A program made the translations under genes and the position numbers. Positions 15,082 through 24,270 of a stretch of 64,000 nucleotides of DNA are shown one piece after another. Source of the stretch: a bacterium (lineage in GTDB: Bacteria; Patescibacteriota; Gracilibacteria; UBA1369; GCA-2718715); NCBI GenBank assembly GCA_002718715.1, contig PBFJ01000014.1:12447-76446 (forward strand), written 5' to 3'. The notes under the pieces were generated by a model. It saw only the letters and a list, made by a program, of their open reading frames with translations. It ran no database searches and was not told the DNA's origin. Position 1 is the first letter of the stretch. Each line of letters starts with the position of its first letter.

Positions 15082-16632
15082 TTAAATCTTCTTTAGAACT
15101 AAAAGCGTAATATCATCTTGTTGGCGCGCGCTCTTTGAAAATTCTTTGATGTCGTTAAGAATCAAATCTTGGATTTGTTTAGTATCATGGTTTGCAGCAG
15201 CTTTGGTTAATGATTCTTGAAAGCGAATAAAACCATAGGTTTCTTTGGATTCATTCCAACACTCAGGAATTCCATCACTGTAAATAACCAGGACATCATC
15301 TTTTTGCATATCAATTGTGTGTTGGGTTAATTTATCTTTGATTCCTGGAAAAAGTCCAACTGCAATTCCCCCACTGTCTAAAACTTCAGTTTTTCGACTA
15401 GAATTTCTGTAAATTATAATCTGTTCGTGACCGGCTGAAACATATTGAATTTGAGATTCGTTAATAATTTTAAGCAGAACTAAAGTGATGAAAAAATTAG
15501 GATTGGTTTTAAGTCTTAAAACTTCATTTAAAGAATCAATCAAATCTATTAAATTTTGATTAGATACATTAGCTGAAATAAGTGCATTTGAGATTGCAGC
15601 AATCAAAGCAGCTGGAACTCCATGCCCTGTTACGTCTCCAACATAGAAATAAGTTTGCTGGTTTTGGGTTTGAATTACATCATAAACATCTCCTCCAATT
15701 TCCTCGGCCGGAATTATGATGGAAGACATTTGGAATCCAGATATTTCTGGAAGACTTTGTGGTAATAATCTTTCTTGGATATTACTTGCAATTTCGAGTT
15801 CTTTTTTGACTCTTTCTTTGTAAATTCGATCCTCGGTAGCTTTATTTAAATCATCCGCCATTTTGTTAACATCGGTAGCTAAAAGCTCAAGTTCGTCGTT
15901 AGTATGAACGTTGGCTTTGGTATCAAAATACCCAAGTGCAATTTTTTTAACTACCTCGGTGATACTTAAAATTGGCGATGAAATTTTAGAGGCTAAAAAG
16001 AAGGCCATTAGAACTCCCGATAAAAGAGCAATTGCCAAAATAAAAGTGGAAGCTTTTAAAGCTTGGTAAACAAGAGAATTTAAATTTTCATAATTCATAT
16101 GATAAACCAGCGCATATTGCTGCTCGAGTGGAACTACAAAATTGGTGTATTGTTTTCCATCTGGGAAAAAATTACTTAATGAAAAATCTTTCTCTAAATA
16201 CTGATATTCCCCTACACCGACTTTATCAATATAAAAAATATCTTTGTTTTTTGTTAGTTGAATAGACGGTTTTTGAGCCTTTATTCTATCAATACTGATG
16301 TCTATGTTAATCGAAGATGGAGATAATGTTTTGGATTGATACAATAATTCTCCATTGAAATCATACAAAGAAAACCCATCAGCATTTTGATTTTTAGCTA
16401 AAGTTTCGGCTAAGTCTCTTTCGAAATATATTTCATTTTCTTGTAGATAATAAGTTTTATAACTTTCTAAAATCGATTGATTAGTAAGCTCAGAGTAGGA
16501 TCTGAAATTGTGAAAAATTTCGGTTTGTACATTTATAAGTTCGCCTTTGATTAAAAGCACTCCTGTTCCGATAATAACACCCATTACAAGGAGTGAAATA
16601 TAAACAATAAATTTGGAGCGAATCGAACGCAT
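15082..16632 (-). CDS. Membrane sensor with HAMP domain and PP2C/SpoIIE-type Ser/Thr phosphatase domain
   Basis: Two TM segments flank a ~170-aa outside domain. HAMP-like linker (..DELELLATDVNKMADDLN..). PP2C motifs IGGDVYDV and GDVTGHGVPAALIAA, and a C-terminal QQDDITLLVL. Confidence 0.85.
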   Translation of the reverse strand: MRSIRSKFIVYISLLVMGVIIGTGVLLIKGELINVQTEIFHNFRSYSELTNQSILESYKTYYLQENEIYFERDLAETLAKNQNADGFSLYDFNGELLYQSKTLSPSSINIDISIDRIKAQKPSIQLTKNKDIFYIDKVGVGEYQYLEKDFSLSNFFPDGKQYTNFVVPLEQQYALVYHMNYENLNSLVYQALKASTFILAIALLSGVLMAFFLASKISSPILSITEVVKKIALGYFDTKANVHTNDELELLATDVNKMADDLNKATEDRIYKERVKKELEIASNIQERLLPQSLPEISGFQMSSIIIPAEEIGGDVYDVIQTQNQQTYFYVGDVTGHGVPAALIAAISNALISANVSNQNLIDLIDSLNEVLRLKTNPNFFITLVLLKIINESQIQYVSAGHEQIIIYRNSSRKTEVLDSGGIAVGLFPGIKDKLTQHTIDMQKDDVLVIYSDGIPECWNESKETYGFIRFQESLTKAAANHDTKQIQDLILNDIKEFSKSARQQDDITLLVLKKI

Positions 16633-16637
16633 AAAAA

Positions 16638-18104
16638 TTATTTAGCTTTTAAAAATTTTATATCAATTAAGCCATCTAATCTAGTTTTTAATGAAAAATC
16701 TTTTGACAAAGCATAGTAATTTTGATTTTCAAAAAGAGGAATTCCTAGCCTTTTTTGGTTTACAAGCTCAGCTAAAGTTTGGAGTTTTTGGATCTTTTGG
16801 TTTTCATCTTCAATAGATTTTAACTCTTCTAAAATTTGATCTATTTTGGAATTTGAATATTGGCTAAAATTTAAGTTAGAATCACTTTTTGCAAATGCAT
16901 TGTAAAAGCTTGTTCCATCTGCAAAATCTGCTTTAAATCCAAACATAATCAAATCAAAATCCGCTAATTTTTCTTGATTGTATTCTGCAAATTCTAAGGG
17001 TTGAATTAGAACGTTTAAATTTAAAGTTTGGAATAATTCATTTAAAAATATTTTAAATTTAGAGAATGGTGCTGGAATTGCTAAACTAATTTCTTTACCT
17101 TGAAGTTTTTTAATCTTAGCTGAATCTTTAAGATCTTTTAAACTTTGAAGTTCAAAATCAATATTGGGATTGTATCCAAATACACCTTTAGCTAGGAACT
17201 GATTGGTGTTTTTCCCCATTTTGGAAGTTAAAACTTCAAAATCAATTGATTTAAATATTTGATAAAAGGTATCTTGAAAAGATTTATCTTTAGCAAGTTT
17301 AGATCCGTAATTAAAAAGAATAAAATTACTTGATTGATCTGAATTATTTAAGAGTTGAAATTTTTCAGAATTTAAAATTTGGGTTTCAGGAGAAATTCCA
17401 TAAAGTGCAACTACTTGATTTTCAAGATTGGCATACTCGATTCTTTTAGCAAATTCGGGAATTGCAAGTAAGTCTAGAAATTTAAAATCTGGTTGAGTTG
17501 AATGGTAATTTTGATTGATTTCTAATGCAATTTTATTATCACTTTGTTCAACAAACTTATAATACCCTGTTCCATTTGGAGCGATCTCTAAATTGTCTAT
17601 TTTTTGGAATTTAGCAATTGGAATCAAAGTAAATTTATGAAAAACAAAAGGATCTTCTTGATTTAAATTTAATCTAAAAGTTAGATCGTCAATTACCTCT
17701 ATGGACTTAAAAGTGCTTAAAATTTCCGATAAATTGCTTTGAGTTTTAAGAACTTCAAAAATATCCTTGATACTTCGAGAAGTTAAATCGGCATCATTAT
17801 GAAACTTCACATTTGGTTTTAATTTAAACTCAACTGTTAGAGGATCAATTTTCCCATAAGAAGTTGCTAAAACTGGAAGTAAATTTAAATTTTGATCATA
17901 GGAAATCAAACTTTCGTAAATGTAATTTAATCGAGAAGTATTAAAATCTGAATAAGTATATGGATTTAAAGAATTTAAAGGAGAATCGTAGACAATTTGG
18001 ATCTTAGAAGGTTGGGAAAAAAATTGTAAATAAATTACAGCTACTAAAACTATTAAAATAAGGATTGGAGCTGTAAAAATTTTAAGATTATCTTTAAATG
18101 CCAT
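16638..18104 (-). CDS. Family-5 (peptide/nickel type) extracellular solute-binding protein, N-terminally membrane anchored
   Basis: TM anchor IFTAPILILIVLVAVIYLQFF, then LNPYTY..RLNYIYESLISYDQNLNLLPVLATSYGKIDPLTVEFKLKPNVKFHND, typical of SBP_bac_5. Stop lies 5 nt before the sensor phosphatase. Confidence 0.7.
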   Translation of the reverse strand: MAFKDNLKIFTAPILILIVLVAVIYLQFFSQPSKIQIVYDSPLNSLNPYTYSDFNTSRLNYIYESLISYDQNLNLLPVLATSYGKIDPLTVEFKLKPNVKFHNDADLTSRSIKDIFEVLKTQSNLSEILSTFKSIEVIDDLTFRLNLNQEDPFVFHKFTLIPIAKFQKIDNLEIAPNGTGYYKFVEQSDNKIALEINQNYHSTQPDFKFLDLLAIPEFAKRIEYANLENQVVALYGISPETQILNSEKFQLLNNSDQSSNFILFNYGSKLAKDKSFQDTFYQIFKSIDFEVLTSKMGKNTNQFLAKGVFGYNPNIDFELQSLKDLKDSAKIKKLQGKEISLAIPAPFSKFKIFLNELFQTLNLNVLIQPLEFAEYNQEKLADFDLIMFGFKADFADGTSFYNAFAKSDSNLNFSQYSNSKIDQILEELKSIEDENQKIQKLQTLAELVNQKRLGIPLFENQNYYALSKDFSLKTRLDGLIDIKFLKAK

Positions 18105-18112
18105 TATTAAAT

Positions 18113-18961
18113 TTAATTAGAAATTTGTTTTTCATAGGCAATAATCGTGTTTTCAATTAGGCAAGCAACAGTCATTGGTCCGGCCCCGCCTGGAACTTTG
18201 GAAATGTATGAAACTTTATCTTTTACATTTTCAAAATCAATATCACCTTTAATTCCATTTTCGTCTTTATAAAATCCAACGTCAATAATTACAGCTTGAT
18301 CTTTAACCATATCTTTTTTGATTAAATTTGGAACTCCTGTAGCTGAAATTAAAATGTCGGCTTTTAAGGTTTCGGCTTTAAGGTCACTAGTGTATACATT
18401 GCAAACTGTAATCGTAGCATCTCTGTTTAAAAGCATAACTGCTAAAGGTTTTCCAACAATGTTAGAGTGTCCAACAACTGTAACATGTTTTCCTTTAATT
18501 GGAATTTGATAATGCTCTAGCATTTTAATTACACCTTTTGGAGTGCATGGAGCCATTTCTTCTAAGTCTTTATTTGTAAAAACATGGCCAACATTAAAAG
18601 GATGAAAGCCGTCTACGTCTTTATCGGGGTCAATTGCATCAATAATTTTTTCTGGATTTTCAACAGGTAATGGTAATTGCACTAAAATTCCATGTACGGT
18701 GTTATCATAATTTAATTTTTCAACTTCGTTTACAATTTGAGCTGTTGATAGATCCTGGCTTAAATTTAAAACTTCAGTTAAAAGTCCGACTTTGGCTGCG
18801 GATTTTTGTTTTTGTTTAATATAACTAATACTTGCTGGATTGTCTCCAACCATAACCATTACTAGCTTTGGTGGAATGGTATTTTGATTATAAGAGTCTA
18901 TTTTAGATTTTAAGTCATCTAAAATTTGTTTTGATAAACTACGACCGTCTAGAATTTTCAA
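18113..18961 (-). CDS. folD: Bifunctional methylenetetrahydrofolate dehydrogenase/cyclohydrolase
   Basis: MKILDGRSLSKQI.., VGDNPASISYIKQKQKSAAKVGL, HGILVQLPLP, and Rossmann GHSNIVGKPLA. Confidence 0.95.
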   Translation of the reverse strand: MKILDGRSLSKQILDDLKSKIDSYNQNTIPPKLVMVMVGDNPASISYIKQKQKSAAKVGLLTEVLNLSQDLSTAQIVNEVEKLNYDNTVHGILVQLPLPVENPEKIIDAIDPDKDVDGFHPFNVGHVFTNKDLEEMAPCTPKGVIKMLEHYQIPIKGKHVTVVGHSNIVGKPLAVMLLNRDATITVCNVYTSDLKAETLKADILISATGVPNLIKKDMVKDQAVIIDVGFYKDENGIKGDIDFENVKDKVSYISKVPGGAGPMTVACLIENTIIAYEKQISN

Positions 18962-19529
18962 GTTTTTGAGAGATTAAATTACGAAGCAAGTTTTGAGTAT
19001 CTATCATATCTTCTTGCCTTTGGATTATATTCCAATTTAGCTTATCTGCCAAATTTAACAATGTATTTTTAACATTATCAACAAGTTGATTATCATTTTC
19101 ATGAATATGGCCTTCTTCAATTGAATCCATGGATCTTTGACCATCAATTAAAATCGCTACGTCTTCTTGGAGAAGTTTAGAATTTATACTTTCTAGAAAT
19201 TCTAAATCTTCTCCTTTAGAGCTACCCCAGGCCAAAGCAGTACCAGTGTAGTCTTCTGCGATTATCAAATCATATTCCGATAGCATATTTTTGAGTGTAG
19301 GTTGGAATTGATATCTATTGATTGCAAACCACATTTGCAGCTCAGTTTCAGTGATAGTTTGAACTTTTGACCTTAAAGAAGTATGTAAAAAAACTCCAGA
19401 TGGTGTAATGTCATAGATTGGAAATTTTAAATACTTAGCTTTAAGTCCAATCGAATTGTAGTAATTCACCAGCATTTTGGCTTGGGTTGATTTTCCAATA
19501 TTATTTATTCCATATAAAGTTACAAACAT
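18939..19529 (-). CDS. tmk: Thymidylate kinase-like P-loop nucleotide kinase
   Basis: N-terminal P-loop YGINNIGKSTQ. The NRYQF..DLIIAEDYTGTALAW core resembles the dTMP kinase family. Overlaps folD by 23 nt and lies next to dut. Confidence 0.6.
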   Translation of the reverse strand: MFVTLYGINNIGKSTQAKMLVNYYNSIGLKAKYLKFPIYDITPSGVFLHTSLRSKVQTITETELQMWFAINRYQFQPTLKNMLSEYDLIIAEDYTGTALAWGSSKGEDLEFLESINSKLLQEDVAILIDGQRSMDSIEEGHIHENDNQLVDNVKNTLLNLADKLNWNIIQRQEDMIDTQNLLRNLISQKLENSRRS

Positions 19530-19554
19530 TTTTCTTAGGTTAAATTAATTGTGT

Positions 19555-19989
19555 TTATCCTGTAGATCCAAATCCTCCCCTGTTTTGGTCCTGGGGATTA
19601 AATTCTACAAAATTTGCTTTAAGAACTGGTAAAAAAATTCCTTGCGCAATACGATCTAATTTTGAAATTACGATATCTTGATCTGTAAAGTTGTAGACCT
19701 GCAATAAAATTTCATCGGTTTGGCCGCAATAATCTTGATCAATAACTCCAATTGCATGCGGTTTTAAAAGTCCTTTTTTGCGAGGTGTTGAAGATCTAGA
19801 TACAACTGCCAGCATGTATCCATCTGGAACTTTACAAATTAGATTACTTGGGATCAAGGCAATTTCTTTGGGTTTGACAACTGTTTCTTGTCTAGCATAA
19901 AGATCAAAACCAACGCTGCCTGAAGTTTCGTATTTGGGCATTGGTAGAGTTTTGTCTACTAGAGAAATTTGAACGTTAGGATTTTGCAT
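19555..19989 (-). CDS. dut: dUTP diphosphatase
   Basis: Motifs GSVGFDLYA, GVIDQDYCG and C-terminal RGGFGSTG. Confidence 0.9.
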   Translation of the reverse strand: MQNPNVQISLVDKTLPMPKYETSGSVGFDLYARQETVVKPKEIALIPSNLICKVPDGYMLAVVSRSSTPRKKGLLKPHAIGVIDQDYCGQTDEILLQVYNFTDQDIVISKLDRIAQGIFLPVLKANFVEFNPQDQNRGGFGSTG

Positions 19990-20929
19990 TTTCTTCTATT
20001 TTAAAGGCTTGATCAAGTGCATGAATAGCAACTTCAACTTGTGAAGCATCTGGTTGTTTGGTTGTAAGTCTTTGAAAGGCTAAACCTGGAACTGAAATTA
20101 ATTTGAACATCCAGGTGTGGGAGTATTTACCGGCAAGCTTTAAAATTTCATATGAAAACCCTACTAAAAGCGGTAGAGCTAAAATTCTAGAACCTAGATT
20201 CACCCAAAAGCTTGGGTTTTTAGGAATGAATGTATAAAAAAGTACTGAAAATAAAAATACAAAAACCAAAAATGAAGTTCCGCATCTTGGATGCAGGGTA
20301 GTTTGATTTTGAACATTTTTAACTGTTAAATCTAAGTCTTTTTCATAGGCATGAACGGCCATGTGCTCTGCACCATGAAACTGAAAAACTCTTCTAAGTG
20401 AACTAGATAAAGTTAAAAGTGTAACATATAAAGCGAAGATAGAAATTTTCACTAAAGAATCAATAAAATTAAACAGGACATAATTTTCGGAAACTGAAAC
20501 AAAATTATTAGATAAAATTTCACTGCTTAAAAGTGGAATATATTTAAACAAAAACATTGCAAAAACAAAACTGAAAATCACTGAGAAAATTTGTAAAGTC
20601 GAATGTAAAATTTTTTCAAATTTACTAGCATTTTCTTTGGGTTCTTCATCTAATCCAATGTCTACAGAGTAGTTAATAGCCTTAGTTCCAAGCTTTGTCA
20701 TTTCTACTAAATTAATCATTCCTCTTAGAATTGGTAGATTTAGAAATTTATATCTTTGAGTAAGAGTTTTGTATGGAAAACTCATATTTTGAATTTGTTT
20801 TTTGGGATCTCTAACCGAAATTGAAACTGCATTTGGGGTTCGCATCATCACTCCTTCAAAAACTGCTTGGCCTCCAACTGCTAAATCTTGATACTTTTCT
20901 TTTGCCATAAATTTGCTTATAATTTTCAT
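19976..20929 (-). CDS. DUF1385 family membrane protein
   Basis: GGQAVFEGVMMR and HGAEHM motifs plus TM segments. The start could alternatively be the internal Met (MAKEKY, 20908). Confidence 0.75.
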   Translation of the reverse strand: MKIISKFMAKEKYQDLAVGGQAVFEGVMMRTPNAVSISVRDPKKQIQNMSFPYKTLTQRYKFLNLPILRGMINLVEMTKLGTKAINYSVDIGLDEEPKENASKFEKILHSTLQIFSVIFSFVFAMFLFKYIPLLSSEILSNNFVSVSENYVLFNFIDSLVKISIFALYVTLLTLSSSLRRVFQFHGAEHMAVHAYEKDLDLTVKNVQNQTTLHPRCGTSFLVFVFLFSVLFYTFIPKNPSFWVNLGSRILALPLLVGFSYEILKLAGKYSHTWMFKLISVPGLAFQRLTTKQPDASQVEVAIHALDQAFKIEENAKS

Positions 20930-20949
20930 ACACTATAACAATTCCCCCT

Positions 20950-21675
20950 ATGGAATTCAACTTGCTATTTTTGGGTGAACATGAATCAAGCCAGACCGAT
21001 AGAATTTATCATATAGCAAATCACACAAGTTCTGTGGCTTTAATAACTGACTTTAAAAACCATTATGTTTTACTTGATACCGGTTCAGTGTGGGCTCAGG
21101 ATAAATTACTAGAAAAACTAAAAGATTTAAATGTTAAACCAGAGCAAATTACGCATTTAGCATTGACTCATGGACACTTAGACCATGTTGGAAACATAGG
21201 ACTTTTTAAAAACGCTTTAGTGCATATTCATGCTTGTCATATGGATAGTAAGACAGGATTAACTTCTCTTTACAAAGATATGCATGAAAAACCACTTCCG
21301 TTTGGAATTGAAGTTTTTCCATCAAGGGGTCACACCTACGAACATGTAAGTTATTTCTTTGAATACGAAGGACTTCGATATTGCTTTGCAGGAGATGCGG
21401 TTCGCGAAAATCATTTTACGGATAAAGTGCCAGAATATTATTCTATGGAACGTAGATTAAGATATTTAGATTCAGCAAGGCATATATTTGAAAGCTGTGA
21501 TGTAATCATCCCTGGACACTTTGGAGTAATTGAGGGTGAACAGAAAACTTTTTTGTATAAAAATCTTTTAAAACAAGAAGAAGAGATTTTAAAAAGGCTC
21601 TCCATATATGATAAATTCAAATATAGAAAGCTCTTAAAAGAAATTTATTACAGAAGAAAATTCCTACAAAATTAG
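20950..21675 (+). CDS. MBL-fold metallo-hydrolase
   Basis: HxHxDH motif (THGHLDHVGN) with later His/Asp ligands (GHTYEH, GD, PGH). Confidence 0.8.
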   Translation: MEFNLLFLGEHESSQTDRIYHIANHTSSVALITDFKNHYVLLDTGSVWAQDKLLEKLKDLNVKPEQITHLALTHGHLDHVGNIGLFKNALVHIHACHMDSKTGLTSLYKDMHEKPLPFGIEVFPSRGHTYEHVSYFFEYEGLRYCFAGDAVRENHFTDKVPEYYSMERRLRYLDSARHIFESCDVIIPGHFGVIEGEQKTFLYKNLLKQEEEILKRLSIYDKFKYRKLLKEIYYRRKFLQN

Positions 21676-22004
21676 TCTTTTCTTTTTATATAATATAAAA
21701 CTGGTAGACCAATTAATAATGCAGATAAAGACCAAGCATATTCGTATTTAACATCTGTTTCTAGTCTTTCGGTGGCTCGTTTGAATTCTCGTTCTTCGCA
21801 TTCGCTTATTTCTTGCGGCGTAAGTATTCTTGTGTTTTCATCCGGATATCTTGAATTTTCACATTGATAATAGTCAACATTTCTTGGAGGTAACTCTAGC
21901 AATTCGTGAGATATAAGATTGTAAGCTAAATTAACTGAACTAAAAAAAACTGTTATGCTTAAAACTAAAACAAACAGATCTTGGAATAAATCTTTAAATT
22001 TCAT
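21672..22004 (-). CDS. Hypothetical small membrane protein (110 aa)
   Basis: Two hydrophobic segments at the N- and C-termini flank a Cys-containing acidic loop. No family recognised. Confidence 0.55.
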   Translation of the reverse strand: MKFKDLFQDLFVLVLSITVFFSSVNLAYNLISHELLELPPRNVDYYQCENSRYPDENTRILTPQEISECEEREFKRATERLETDVKYEYAWSLSALLIGLPVLYYIKRKD

Positions 22005-22030
22005 AATTTTGGGTTATAGATAGATAATAC

Positions 22031-22056
22031 AAAAAAAAGCTGGGATTTTCCAGCTT
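22031..22056 (-). terminator. Rho-independent terminator after rplA
   Basis: Minus strand reads agctgg-aaaatc-ccagct followed by T8. Confidence 0.75.
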
Positions 22057-22062
22057 TTAAAT

Positions 22063-22755
22063 TTATTTAAGTTCTGCGACATCAAGTTGAATACTTGGTC
22101 CCATAGAAGTTGTAAGGTAAATGGATTTAAGGTATTGACCTTTAGCACCTTCTGGTTTGTTTTTCTTAACTCCAGTAATTAAATCTAAGATATTTGCTTC
22201 TAATTTTTCTGAACCGAAAGAAACTTTACCAACAATATTGTGAGTTGAACCAAATTTATCAGTTCTAACTTCAATTTGTCCTCCCATAAGATTTCCAATT
22301 GCTTCTACTACATTTTGGGCAACTGTTCCATTTTTTGGAGTAGGCATTTTTCTTGCTTGTCCTAATTGTTTTGCAATCTTACCAAGATTTTTCATTACAG
22401 ATGGATGAGCAACAGCTAAATCGAAATCCATAAATCCTCCAGAGATTTTTGCAACTAAGTCTTCAAGACCAGCTTCAATAGCTCCAGCTTTTTTAGCTTC
22501 AGCAACCATTTCATCAGGTACAAAAGCTACGATTTTAACTTTTTTACCAGTTCCATTAGGAAGTAAAGTTGTAAATCTTAGAATTTGATCAGCGTGTTTT
22601 GGATCTAATCCAGTATTAATATGAGCTTCTACTGAAGCATCAAATTTTACTTTTGAAGTTTGTGGAAGTAATTCCAAAGCTTCTTTTAGACTGTAAAAAT
22701 CTTTAGTTACAAGACTTTTAGCAGCTAACATGTTTTTACTTGTTTTATTTGCCAT
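22063..22755 (-). CDS. rplA: 50S ribosomal protein L1
   Basis: Strong L1 similarity (..DASVEAHINTGLDPKHADQILR.., ..VAHPSVMKNLGKIAKQLG..). I place the start at MANKTSKN (ATG 22755), not at the ORF-track start 22803. Confidence 0.93.
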   Translation of the reverse strand: MANKTSKNMLAAKSLVTKDFYSLKEALELLPQTSKVKFDASVEAHINTGLDPKHADQILRFTTLLPNGTGKKVKIVAFVPDEMVAEAKKAGAIEAGLEDLVAKISGGFMDFDLAVAHPSVMKNLGKIAKQLGQARKMPTPKNGTVAQNVVEAIGNLMGGQIEVRTDKFGSTHNIVGKVSFGSEKLEANILDLITGVKKNKPEGAKGQYLKSIYLTTSMGPSIQLDVAELK

Positions 22756-22810
22756 TTTAATTTTGGTTAGTGGTACGAGCCTGACCAAGTTAGTCAGTCC
22801 CACGTTTGCT

Positions 22811-22838
22811 ATTATATAGAGTTTTTGCTTTTTTGCAA
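22811..22838 (-). promoter_or_regulatory. Sigma70-like promoter for rplA
   Basis: Minus strand TTGCAA (22833-22838), 16-nt spacer, TATAAT (22811-22816), located between the rplK terminator and rplA. Confidence 0.5.
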
Positions 22839-22864
22839 GCTGTTTTTAGCTTAATTTAAATACT

Positions 22865-22887
22865 AAAAAAACCTCCGGAGTGGAGGT
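22865..22887 (-). terminator. Rho-independent terminator immediately after rplK
   Basis: Minus strand reads acctcc-actcc-ggaggt followed by T7. Confidence 0.75.
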
Positions 22888-22895
22888 TTATATAT

Positions 22896-23327
22896 TTAGT
22901 CTAAATCTGGAGTTTCAATTCCCATTCTTTTGGCTGTTCCAGCAATAATTTTTACTGCAGCTTCAAGTGTATTAGCATTTAAATCAGGCATTTTAGCTTT
23001 AGCTACGTTTTCAAGTTGTTCTACTGTAATTGAACCAACTTTATCCTTTTGAGGAACTCCTGAACCTTTTTTAAGACCAAGTTCTTTTTTAATTAAGAAA
23101 GAAGCTGGTGGAGTTTTACAAATGAAAGAGAAAGATCTATCAGTGTAAACTGTAATTTCTACTGGGATAATTTCACCCATTTTATCACGAGTTTTATCGT
23201 TGAACTGAGTACAAAAATCTTGAATTGGAATACCGTGTTGACCAAGTGCAGGACCTACTGGAGGTGCTGGATTAGCTTTACCAGCTTGGATTTGCAACTT
23301 GATGACAGTTTGAATTTCTTTGTTCAT
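22896..23327 (-). CDS. rplK: 50S ribosomal protein L11
   Basis: [25 protein letters not shown].. is the L11 signature. Confidence 0.97.
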   Translation of the reverse strand: MNKEIQTVIKLQIQAGKANPAPPVGPALGQHGIPIQDFCTQFNDKTRDKMGEIIPVEITVYTDRSFSFICKTPPASFLIKKELGLKKGSGVPQKDKVGSITVEQLENVAKAKMPDLNANTLEAAVKIIAGTAKRMGIETPDLD

Positions 23328-23404
23328 CTTAAGTTTTTAATTTTAAGTAAGCTGATTTTACAGTATCATGCTAAATAAAGTCAAGAGAATAAATAGATAA
23401 ATAT

Positions 23405-24187
23405 CTAAAGAAGGATTTCGTAGAAACCTTTGAAGCTCTCATGGATGTCTTTATGGTATGAAAAACAATAGATTTTTTGATTGTCCATAATAACTAAACT
23501 CACAAAAAAAGGTTTAGATGGATTGTTAATATAAAAAGACTCTTGGAATTGATTGTTTTTATTAATTTGGATTCCTTCATATGATTTTGTAACAGCTTGT
23601 AAAAGAGTATAAAAATAATCAGCTTTTTGAGAGTCTTCAAAAGTAATTTCTGTACCTTTGGCCATTAAACTATTTTGCTTAGTGTACTTATAATTTTTGA
23701 ATGACTGAAAATCCTCTTTTGATAAATCGATCGTGTCAAAAATCAAGGTTTGATTTTCATCTAAAGAAATTTCTAAGTCTTGAATATCGATAGAGGCAAA
23801 ATATTTTATAAGTTTAGACTCAACTTCTTGTGTTTTTGAAAGTGAAACTTCTTCTTGTGATGAGTCTTCTTGATCTGAACTTTTTAAAAAGTCTTTAAAA
23901 AATTCGGTGTTAAAACTTACCTCTTGGGATTCCTGGTTTAAATTTAAAGATTCTGAATCCTGGGAGATTTGAGAATCATTATTTTTTTGCTCTAAAGCTT
24001 GCTCTTGGAAATCTTGAACTTGAGAGCCTTGAGGCTCTGAAGTTTTAGAGTTTGAGGTTTGAAAGAAAGCTGAATTGGCTTGCAGTTGATTAGCTGGAGC
24101 CGATGGAGCTGTATTGAACTGGCTTTCTAGCAAAATTGTGATTGAAAAGAAGGCAAATATTGCCAAGAAAATTGTACTTTTGTGCAT
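23405..24187 (-). CDS. Hypothetical secreted Q/S/E-rich protein (260 aa)
   Basis: Signal-like N-terminus MHKSTIFLAIFAFFSITILLES. A low-complexity acidic region is followed by a ~130-aa globular C-terminus. Confidence 0.7.
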   Translation of the reverse strand: MHKSTIFLAIFAFFSITILLESQFNTAPSAPANQLQANSAFFQTSNSKTSEPQGSQVQDFQEQALEQKNNDSQISQDSESLNLNQESQEVSFNTEFFKDFLKSSDQEDSSQEEVSLSKTQEVESKLIKYFASIDIQDLEISLDENQTLIFDTIDLSKEDFQSFKNYKYTKQNSLMAKGTEITFEDSQKADYFYTLLQAVTKSYEGIQINKNNQFQESFYINNPSKPFFVSLVIMDNQKIYCFSYHKDIHESFKGFYEILL

Positions 24188-24218
24188 GTTTTTTCTTTAT
24201 TATAAAAAAAAATTCAAA

Positions 24219-24247
24219 GAAAAAAAAGGCTTGATGAGCCTTTTTGA
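24219..24247 (-). terminator. Rho-independent terminator after nusG
   Basis: Minus strand reads aaaggct-catca-agccttt followed by a T-run. Confidence 0.7.
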
Positions 24248-24270
24248 ATATTTTTGCTGAAAAAATAAAA

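Noticed and set aside
22756-22803. A 16-codon N-terminal extension of rplA (MGLTNLVRLVPLTKIK) given by the ORF track.
   Set aside because: The L1 homology starts at MANKTSKN. The extension overlaps the predicted leader hairpin and lies downstream of a good promoter, so ATG 22755 is preferred.
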